From the IMG/VR virus record IMGVR_UViG_3300003086_000114, positions 33,073 to 97,072 of that record: a stretch of 64,000 nucleotides of DNA; one strand, 5' to 3'. The notes under the pieces are model-generated. The model had not been told where the DNA came from. It made no database searches and saw only the letters and a program-made list of their open reading frames with translations. The translations under genes and the position numbers were made by a program. Of the stretch, positions 38,632 to 47,200 are shown piece by piece; the stretch's first letter is position 1; each line of letters begins with the position of its first letter. Source of the DNA: a virus. Its lineage: Duplodnaviria; Caudoviricetes.

Positions 38632-39071
38632 TGGATGAACAACGCAAAGAAGCAATAGACGAAGAGATAACTAGGATTGCATTATCTTCAAGAACTATGA
38701 TTTTTGTTACTTTTCAGAAGGAAGGCATACACGCTTATCCTGCGGCACTAACTGATCCTAATCTAGAAGATGTAAGTTTTTTAGGTAATCCGCATAGACA
38801 CATGTTTCACTTTACTGTAAGTATAGAAGTTGTACACAGTGATAGAGATATAGAATTTATACAGTTTAAACGTTGGTTAGAAAGCTTATACGCAGACGAT
38901 ATACTACAGCTAGACAATAAGTCGTGTGAAATGATGTGCGATGCATTATACCAACAAATAGGCAGAAAGCATCCGGGCCGAGATGTACATATTACTATTA
39001 GCGAAGATGGGGAAAACGGTGCTACTGTAGAATATAATCGATACGTACCTATGCAATCAATGAAAATATGA
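38631..39071 (+). CDS. dpdL: QueD-like T-fold protein, probable DpdL-type CDG decarboxylase
   Basis: EGIHAYP...LGNPHRHMF (LxxxHRHxF)...DRDIEF...SCE...SEDGENGA; lacks the QueD CxxxHGH motif. Confidence 0.65.
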   Translation: MDEQRKEAIDEEITRIALSSRTMIFVTFQKEGIHAYPAALTDPNLEDVSFLGNPHRHMFHFTVSIEVVHSDRDIEFIQFKRWLESLYADDILQLDNKSCEMMCDALYQQIGRKHPGRDVHITISEDGENGATVEYNRYVPMQSMKI

Positions 39072-40153
39072 TACATATTATACCTATCGAACCTATAGAA
39101 ACACGATATACTAAGCAGTGGTATGAGCATTTGCCTAAAAGTTTAGGTAATTGTAATGTTATACACGGCATGGAAGTACCGGAAAAACCAACAGAAGGTG
39201 CGTTTTTAGACTTTGCGGCTACTAATATGTATAAGTCTAGCCAACTTATTAAAGTTGCTGAGATGTTCCGTGACAATAAGTTTAAAGATGGCGATCATAT
39301 ATTAATTACAGACGCCTGGAACCCTATCGTTATACAAATTAAGTATATGGTTGACTTATTAGGTGTAGATGTTAAGTTACATGGGCTTTGGCATGCAGGT
39401 AGTTATGATCCAGCTGACTTCTTAGGCAGACTAATAAAAGATAAAGCTTGGTCTTACGCTAGCGAACGTGCTATGTTTGAATGCTTTGATTGTAACTACT
39501 TTGCAACGCAATTTCACATTAAGATGTTCCAAGAAACACTAGGTATATCAAATACTCCTAAGAAATCAGGGTGGCATGTAGTAAACGACATAGAACCACC
39601 GTCTATATTAGACCCTACAAAGATATACAGAACAGGCTGGCCTATGGACTATATGCCTAGCACGTTAGATGACTACAAAGATTTAGAAAAAAGAGATCTT
39701 ATACTATTTCCGCATAGAATATCAGTAGAAAAACAACCTGAGATTTTTAAAGACTTAGCAGAATCGATGCCGCAGTACGAGTTTGTTGTATGCCAGGAAC
39801 AAGAGTTAACTAAACACGAGTACCATACACTGTTAGGACAAGCTAAACTAGTGTTCTCAGCAAACTTACAAGAGACGTTAGGCATTAGTTTATATGAAGG
39901 TGCATTAGTTGGTGCTATACCAATGGCACCTGATAGATTAAGTTACCACGAAATGTACATGGAAAATTTCTTATATCCAAGTGAATGGACTGAAGATTGG
40001 GATAGTTACATAGCACACAAAGAAATGGTAATGGAGTGTATAAATGTCTATATGGGGAACTATGAGAAATATAGAAACACAATTGATATACAAGCAACTA
40101 TGCTAGATACTAACTTCTTTACTGCAACACATTTATTTGAAAAATTAAAATGA
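39068..40153 (+). CDS. GT-B (GT4-like) retaining glycosyltransferase
   Basis: FPHRISVEKQPE and the E-X7-E motif ETLGISLYE. Confidence 0.8.
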   Translation: MIHIIPIEPIETRYTKQWYEHLPKSLGNCNVIHGMEVPEKPTEGAFLDFAATNMYKSSQLIKVAEMFRDNKFKDGDHILITDAWNPIVIQIKYMVDLLGVDVKLHGLWHAGSYDPADFLGRLIKDKAWSYASERAMFECFDCNYFATQFHIKMFQETLGISNTPKKSGWHVVNDIEPPSILDPTKIYRTGWPMDYMPSTLDDYKDLEKRDLILFPHRISVEKQPEIFKDLAESMPQYEFVVCQEQELTKHEYHTLLGQAKLVFSANLQETLGISLYEGALVGAIPMAPDRLSYHEMYMENFLYPSEWTEDWDSYIAHKEMVMECINVYMGNYEKYRNTIDIQATMLDTNFFTATHLFEKLK

Positions 40154-40779
40154 TTACGATAGAGGATTATAACAATCCGTTTGATGTAGTTACAGTCTTT
40201 GAAGAAGCACTAGCAGAATACACAGGTGCACCATATGTAGTTACAACAGATTGCTGTTCGCATGCTATGGAGTTATGCTTTAGATGGATACTATTACACA
40301 CTAATCCGTATCTTGTAACTATTCCAAATAGAACATACCTAAGTGTGCCTATGGTTTTTCATAAGTTAGGCATGCAATGCTCGTACAAGGACATAGAGTG
40401 GAAAGGCGAATACCGCATCGAGCCTACTATTGTTTGGGATAGTGCTAGAAAGCTAACACATAATATGTATAAGCAAGGACAATTTCAGTGTCTAAGCTTT
40501 GGCAGGACAAAACCGTTAGAAATAGGACGAGGCGGTGCTATCCTGCTAGACAATAAAGAAGCATATAATTGGCTTAAACGTGCAAGTTATGATGGAAGAG
40601 ATTTGAGTATAAGTCCTTGGCAAAATCAAAAAGAATTTCAAGTTGGGTACCATTATATGATGCGACCAGAAGAATGCATTATAGGACTGGACAAATTAAA
40701 CAACAATGATATTAATACTGCACAGGATTTTACATATCCTGATGTTAGTCGAATAAATATAGATGTTACACAAAGGTAA
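40150..40779 (+). CDS. Short DegT/DnrJ/EryC1/StrS-family PLP aminotransferase
   Basis: FEEALAEYTG...CSHAMEL, WDSA, CLSFGRTKPLEIGRGGAIL and GYHYMM; only 209 aa. Confidence 0.75.
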   Translation: MITIEDYNNPFDVVTVFEEALAEYTGAPYVVTTDCCSHAMELCFRWILLHTNPYLVTIPNRTYLSVPMVFHKLGMQCSYKDIEWKGEYRIEPTIVWDSARKLTHNMYKQGQFQCLSFGRTKPLEIGRGGAILLDNKEAYNWLKRASYDGRDLSISPWQNQKEFQVGYHYMMRPEECIIGLDKLNNNDINTAQDFTYPDVSRINIDVTQR

Positions 40780-40823
40780 CAAACTACAATTTAATAAATT
40801 ATCCGAGTTAGGAAGGAGACAAG

Positions 40824-41498
40824 ATGTCATATAACAAGACAAAGACAGACCCGATTCTAGGGAAAAAAGTACATGAGCATTTAACGAAGGCAGGGGTAGA
40901 AACCCCTACTAGAGAATCTATGCTCTCTAGAACAGAAAAGATTGATAAAATTGAAGAACACTTCACTGGTATTATGTCTGTACTAGGGTTAGACCTAGAA
41001 GATGATAGTCTAACAGATACACCTAAGCGTGTTGCTAAAATGTACACAAATGAGATATTCTGGGGGTTAGACTACGAAGCATTTCCTAAATGCACAGCAG
41101 TATCAAACAAAATAGAATATGATGAAATGGTAGTAGAGCGTGGTATTAACGTGCAAAGCAATTGCGAACATCACTTTGTTATTATAGATGGTACAGCTAC
41201 AGTTGCATACATTCCAAACAGAAAGGTATTAGGACTATCTAAAATGAATAGAATAGTAGAGTACTTCTCTAAACGTCCTCAAATACAAGAACGCTTAACA
41301 GCACAAATTTGGCATGCTTTAGAATACATACTAGAAACTGATAACATTGCTGTAGTTATAGATGCACAACATTTCTGTGTTAAGTCAAGAGGAGTAGAAG
41401 ATGTCGGTAGCAGTACTACTACTAGTAAACTAGGCGGTGCATTTAAACGTGATCCTGTTACTAGAAGTGAGTTTATGTCTCTAGCTCGCAAGAATTAA
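40824..41498 (+). CDS. folE: GTP cyclohydrolase I
   Basis: DTPKRVAKMY, SNCEHHF, GLSKMNRIV, RPQIQERLT and HFCVKSRG. Confidence 0.97.
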   Translation: MSYNKTKTDPILGKKVHEHLTKAGVETPTRESMLSRTEKIDKIEEHFTGIMSVLGLDLEDDSLTDTPKRVAKMYTNEIFWGLDYEAFPKCTAVSNKIEYDEMVVERGINVQSNCEHHFVIIDGTATVAYIPNRKVLGLSKMNRIVEYFSKRPQIQERLTAQIWHALEYILETDNIAVVIDAQHFCVKSRGVEDVGSSTTTSKLGGAFKRDPVTRSEFMSLARKN

Positions 41499-42040
41499 TG
41501 GATAAGATATGGGTTGCTGGACATATTAATCCGTGGTGGAATAATCTACATCGAAAACTTAATTATCAAAACGAACCGTTTAATAATACAAAAGATACCG
41601 AGAGGTGGCGTACTATAGGGTTTACGCATGATCAGTTTACAGGTGACATGTATGATATGCGTAACTCAGTACCATCTTGGATGGACCTAGATCGATTACA
41701 AAAAGAATTCCAGTTTGAATATATAAGTTGGAGTTTTTATTGTATGACACCTGGTGTTATTTTGCCAGAACACGTCGACACATTTAACAGATTTAAGCAG
41801 TTGTACAATACAAAAAACAAGGTAATTGTTCGGGCATTGATAATGTTAGAGGATTGGCATCAAGGGCATTATTTAGACATGGACGGAACAGCAAGTACAA
41901 ATTGGAAAGCTGGTGATTATTATATATGGGAAGAAGCATGCCCTCATTGTGCGGCAAATATTGGTACAACTAATCGATACACATTGCAGTTAACCGGATT
42001 ACTTAACAAACCACTAACGCAACATTGCCCGCAACATTAG
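41498..42040 (+). CDS. 2OG-Fe(II) oxygenase-like DSBH protein
   Basis: TPGVILPEHVD...LEDWHQGH...WKAGD...PHCAANIGTTNRYTLQLTG; TAATG-coupled to folE. Confidence 0.75.
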   Translation: MDKIWVAGHINPWWNNLHRKLNYQNEPFNNTKDTERWRTIGFTHDQFTGDMYDMRNSVPSWMDLDRLQKEFQFEYISWSFYCMTPGVILPEHVDTFNRFKQLYNTKNKVIVRALIMLEDWHQGHYLDMDGTASTNWKAGDYYIWEEACPHCAANIGTTNRYTLQLTGLLNKPLTQHCPQH

Positions 42041-42144
42041 TTTAAAAAGATGTTATTATGGTTATGGTAAGTAAAACAACAGAGAAAATAATATAACATA
42101 ATAAATGCATTGTTCTATTATTAACATGGTATAGGGGTTAAACG

Positions 42145-42354
42145 ATGAAAGCGAAACTATTAGAGTTAAGGTGCAACAAACAAAAAGCATTAGTTAAGTT
42201 CAACGAAGAAAACGACGAATGGGGAGTAATTGACGACCCCAAAAAACAAATTCATATAGCCGCTGAGGTTGTGGTACTCACTATCACCACAACTGGTGAA
42301 GAAGTTGTTGTAAAGTTCGACGATGTTGTGATGGTAGTCCCAAATGAAAGATAA
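42145..42354 (+). CDS. Small hypothetical protein
   Basis: ORF track; AGGGG RBS. Confidence 0.5.
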   Translation: MKAKLLELRCNKQKALVKFNEENDEWGVIDDPKKQIHIAAEVVVLTITTTGEEVVVKFDDVVMVVPNER

Positions 42355-42454
42355 CAGTTTTGTAGTGTATCATTGGTTTAAACCTGGCCAATAAAATATA
42401 TATTCCGCACAAACAAGGCTATATAATAGAATAAAAGTAACTAAGGAATTACAA

Positions 42455-42934
42455 GTGAAAAAAGTCTATTATACCTGGGAAGAAATCGACAACGCAGTTA
42501 ACGATATTGTTTTACAAATGTATAACGATAGCTGGCGCCCCGAATACATTGTAGGACTAACACGAGGTGGACTAGCACCTGCTGTTATGATAAGTAACAA
42601 AACAGGCATTCCTATGTATACGTTAGACGTAAGGTTACGTGATACACACAATGGATATAAACCAGAAAGTAGTGAGCATCTTGCTACAAAAGGTAAACAA
42701 GGGCATAAAATTCTTATAGTTGATGATATTAATGATACTGGTGAAACTTTACATTGGATATGGAACGATTGGCAAGGGGACTGGACGTGTAAAGAATCTA
42801 AAGAAATGTGGCATCACTGTGTAAAAACTGCGACAATAACAAACAACGAAGCAAGTAATTTTGAAGTTGACTACTCTGTTCTACAGATTAATAAAGTAGA
42901 AGAAGATTGTTGGATTGTATTTCCTTGGGAATAA
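42455..42934 (+). CDS. Purine phosphoribosyltransferase (Gpt-like type I PRTase)
   Basis: IVGLTRGGLAPA, PRPP loop ILIVDDINDTGET, and C-terminal WIVFPWE. Confidence 0.88.
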   Translation: MKKVYYTWEEIDNAVNDIVLQMYNDSWRPEYIVGLTRGGLAPAVMISNKTGIPMYTLDVRLRDTHNGYKPESSEHLATKGKQGHKILIVDDINDTGETLHWIWNDWQGDWTCKESKEMWHHCVKTATITNNEASNFEVDYSVLQINKVEEDCWIVFPWE

Positions 42935-42964
42935 TTAGAGTATTAATCATCCCCAAGGAAATAC

Positions 42965-42991
42965 ATTCAGCCTGCAATATACAGGCTGAAT
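42965..42991. terminator. Probable bidirectional terminator hairpin between convergent genes
   Basis: ATTCAGCCTG-caatata-CAGGCTGAAT, a perfect 10-bp stem. Confidence 0.7.
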
Positions 42992-43008
42992 ATAAATCTT
43001 ACTATTAG

Positions 43009-43410
43009 TTAGAATCGGGCACGATTTTCTATTACAGGAAAATTATAGTTGCTATCATATCCGTCATTTACCTCATTAGCTAAATTTGCCATTTCTTTAA
43101 CAACCCAGCGCGGCTCGCCGTAGTTATATGGATTATAATTAAGAATACCGTTATCAGAAACGCTAACACCTTTCTCTATTTGATGTACGTGTGATGGTGT
43201 TTTTGTATTCAAGTCATTATCAAATTCATTAAATAAATTTGCCATTTCTTTAGTGAACCAACGTGGTTCGCCGTAGTTATACGGGTTGTAACTAAAAATA
43301 CCGTTATCAGAATCACTACCGTCATTCCAAGTATTTGTGTTCCAGAACGCATTTGCTGAACTAACTGTTATTAAAAGTGCTGTTGACACTAGGGTGATAA
43401 TTTTTTTCAT
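43009..43410 (-). CDS. Secreted aromatic/Asn-rich protein with internal duplication (sulfur-globule-protein-like?)
   Basis: Signal peptide ...SSANA|FWN; two copies of SDNGI..YNPYNYGEPRW..KEMANL.NE; AAGGAG RBS; minus-strand ATAAATA at 43491-43497. Confidence 0.6.
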   Translation of the reverse strand: MKKIITLVSTALLITVSSANAFWNTNTWNDGSDSDNGIFSYNPYNYGEPRWFTKEMANLFNEFDNDLNTKTPSHVHQIEKGVSVSDNGILNYNPYNYGEPRWVVKEMANLANEVNDGYDSNYNFPVIENRARF

Positions 43411-43538
43411 TTTAACTTCTCCTTGAGAATTATATTAAAGTATAAAATATATTAATATTTTATAATATTAGCAGTTGCTAATATACTTTTTATTTATGCT
43501 TTTGATAAAAAAATAATTAATTAGTTTTAAAACTACGA

Positions 43539-43547
43539 TGTTATAAT
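43539..43547 (+). promoter_or_regulatory. Extended -10 promoter TGnTATAAT
   Basis: TG-T-TATAAT upstream of gene 43608. Confidence 0.55.
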
Positions 43548-43607
43548 ACTTAGGTCCAGAAGTGTGCAACACATTCAGAGGCATTTTTAAACTGCATAGG
43601 AGACTAT

Positions 43608-44072
43608 ATGTCTGATCTAAAAGAGAAAGAAGAGAAACTAGTAATTGTTTCTACTCAAAACAACGGCAAAACACGTAACAATAACATCGAGAGAATGATG
43701 AGAGATGTTCCAGATGTTGCTGACAAGATTGTACCTGTTCTTAGGGTGCAAGCAGAAAAAGGCAACAGAAATAACGATGATACTACAATCGAATACGGTG
43801 TATTACACAACGCATTTGGTTGGGGTGCTGGGCAAACAAATGATCGACTTCATGTATTATCTGTTTTTTGTACAGTTAACAATCTTCCGCAATTAAATCA
43901 TCTTGTTGTAAGTAAGAAAACCGGAGTAGCAGGCGATCATTCAACGAGTTCGGGGTCAGTTAGCGAACGCTTAGATGAACAGAAACTAATTGCTAATATC
44001 AATTGGGCTACTATTGATATGTCAAGAGAAGCATTACGTCTTGCTTTAATCAAACAAGCAGAGTTTGTTTAA
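43608..44072 (+). CDS. Hypothetical protein, possible winged-helix domain
   Basis: TIEYGVL...FCTVNNLPQLNHLVVSKKTG; AGGAG RBS; has its own promoter and terminator. Confidence 0.55.
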   Translation: MSDLKEKEEKLVIVSTQNNGKTRNNNIERMMRDVPDVADKIVPVLRVQAEKGNRNNDDTTIEYGVLHNAFGWGAGQTNDRLHVLSVFCTVNNLPQLNHLVVSKKTGVAGDHSTSSGSVSERLDEQKLIANINWATIDMSREALRLALIKQAEFV

Positions 44073-44088
44073 TAGCTTGTAGTTAGTT

Positions 44089-44115
44089 AAAAAGCACCTT
44101 TCGGGGTGCTTTTTT
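44089..44115 (+). terminator. Rho-independent terminator with TTCG loop
   Basis: AAAAAGCACCT-TTCG-GGGTGCTTTTTT. Confidence 0.9.
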
Positions 44116-44147
44116 GTGATCTGTAAAGACCGTTTTTAATAAACTGG

Positions 44148-44176
44148 TTGACCTTTTTAACAACCTAAGGTATAAT
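44148..44176 (+). promoter_or_regulatory. Near-consensus sigma70 promoter
   Basis: TTGACC-N17-TATAAT, 31 nt upstream of ATG 44208. Confidence 0.85.
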
Positions 44177-44207
44177 ACACGCATACTTAACAAAAGAGAG
44201 TATAGAT

Positions 44208-47200
44208 ATGATGACTTTGGGGAAACTGCTAACAACTGTATTAATTGCAATTACATTAACTGCTTGTGGTGGCGGTGGCGGTGGTTCATCCATTACTGTT
44301 GTTTTGGAAGATGATATTACTTGGGAAAACGGTATATATGATGAATGGACATTTACTTCAACTACTGTCTCAAGCACAGATATAAATTGCACTGTTGACA
44401 TCTATAGTAGATATATATGGTGGGAAAAACACATTAACGGAGTTGCTACTGGAATTAAAGGCTCGTTAATCGGAACTAACACAGAAGAACGTAATGAGCA
44501 ATGCGTAATACCTGTAACGTTAGATAGTTCAGTAGACAACACAAGTTCAGTAGACACAATAACTAACGAAACAGCAATCGATGTTACAACCTACGTAGAT
44601 GAAGACAGAACTACTACTGATTTTAATGGTAGTACTGTAATTAAAACTTATCGGGTCTATACAGATACAACAACTACACCTATAACCACTACAACTACAA
44701 TAACAACTACACGTACTAATACATATAGTGATGGCACAGTTACTAGTGAAGTTATTAATATAAGTTCAAGCAATGTAGTTAACAACTCAGTAACTACTGC
44801 TACCAGAGAAGAACTAACTAATACTGTTGTAACTGCTAATCTTATTAATACCACAGACAGTACAGCAACTACGTCATCGGTTAATTCTATCCCTGTGGTT
44901 ACAACCACAAGCACCACAGAAAATAGAGTAAGCACTGATGCAAATGGTAGCACTGTAACTAAAACGTTCGTTGTCTACTCAGATAAAACAACGACAGCGT
45001 CAACAACAACGACCGTTGCAACAACGACAACGATCAATACATATAGCGACGGTAGTACAACCGCAACTATTGCTAATCCGGTTACAACTACTTCAACATT
45101 AGATGTAGTAACTATTTCTACCAGAGAAGAACTAACTAATACTGTTGTTACACCTAATGTAGCAAGTACAAGTGATACTAATAGTACAGCAACTACGTCG
45201 AGTAATAGTAACCCTGTTGTTACTACTACAAGTGTAGATGACACAAGAACAAGTACAGATGCTAATGGCAGTACAGTAACTAAAGTGTATAAAGTCTACA
45301 CAGATAAAACCACAATAACTATCACTACTGTAACAACAATAACCACAACACAAACTACTCTTTGGACAGACAGTTCAGCTACTAGTGACGTTATTTCCAC
45401 TTCAACAAGTACCGCTAATAACGACAACGTAACATCAGCAACACGTGAGGAACTTATTAGTACTACAGTAACCGCTAATATAGCAAGTACAAGTGATACC
45501 GATAGTACAAGTACATCCACTACAGAAGGAACAGCAATAACGATTACCACTTCAGCAACAGAAGATAGAACAAGCACAGATGCTAACGGAAGTACTGTAG
45601 TTAAGACATTTACTATCTATACAGATACAACAACTACTCCAAATGCTACTGTAACAACTATAATAACAACACGTACAACACTATGGACTAATGGAACTTC
45701 AACAAGTGCAGTTATTAATACTGCAGAAACGGTTGCAGAAGAAGATGTAGAAACGGTTGCAACACGTGAAGTATTAACCAATACAGTGGTTACACCTAAC
45801 ATAGCAAGTACAAGTGATAGTGATAGTGATAGTGCAAGCACATCAAATGGAACTACTACAACAGTTACCACTTCAGCAACAGAAAATAGAACAAGTACAG
45901 ATGCTAATAGTAGCACTGTAGTTAAGACATTTACTATCTATACAGATACAACTACTGCACCTGTTACAACAATTACAATTACAACTACAACACGCACAAC
46001 ATTGTGGACAGATAGCACAAGTACAAGCGAAATTGTTAATACTAGTACAAGTGAATCGGTCACTAACACTGTAACAACTGCAACTAGAGAAGAACTAACT
46101 AATACTGTTGTAACTGCTAATGTATCAAGTACAAGTGATAGCGATAGTACAACTACAAGCACATCAAATGGAACTGTTAATGTAACCACTACAAGTACTA
46201 CAGAAGATAGAACAAGCACAGATGCTAACGGAAGTACTGTAGTTAAGACATTTACTATCTATACAGATACAACTACTGCACCTGTTACAACTATAATAGA
46301 AGTAACTACTACTAGAACTACTCTATGGACAACCGGAACATCAACAAGTGAAATTATTAATACTACTAGCACAAATAGTACATCTAACACCGTAACAACT
46401 GCAACTAGAGAAGAACTAACTAATACTGTTGTAACTGCTAATGTATCAAGTACATCAACTGTTTACTTAAACGAACGTAACTTAGGTACAATTAAAAGTG
46501 ATTTAATCTCAGAATTATACGGTACTAACTCCGATACTATCACTGTAGGTACTGACGCTGACGGTAATCCAATTCAACAACAAGTTACATTGTATTACTA
46601 CAGTTGGCACAAGACTGTGTACGATAAGATACTCAAAGATAAGTACACAAGAACTACATACACAGACGGATCAGTTATTGATACGTTAGTAACAGCAGAT
46701 GTTGATTTCTCAACTACGCTAACAAAAGAATACTTGCTAGACCCTTGGGGCGGTAAACGAACCACTTCACAACGTGTTCCAGTCGGAGAAACATTTATTG
46801 GTAATCCTGTAGCACCAGATGGTTCTAGTGGTTCATCGGGTGTTTATACGTACGCACAACGTGATGCAGACCATAGTGTAACTAATTATGACACCACAAC
46901 ATACTACAACGACACAGCACTAGGAACTCCAACTGTGGACGTTAATAATGATCCTGCTACATACGAAACAACAGAAGCAGAAAACGGTGCTGTGCTAGTA
47001 ACATACGCTAACCATGCTTACGCTAGAGGTTGGACAGGTAAAGGTTCTACAGCACTTATCATAGACACAGGCATCGACCAAGACCATCCGGAATTTGCAG
47101 GAAAAATTAAATATCTCTGGGATGCAGGTTTTGCAACTCCTTACGAAGATGAACATGGGCATGGTTCACACGTAGCAGGTATTGTATCTGCTAACAAAGA

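Noticed and set aside
44657-46219. Series of Val/Leu-rich minus-strand ORFs
   Set aside because: These are antisense shadows of the Thr-rich (ACN) repeats of the plus-strand protease gene.
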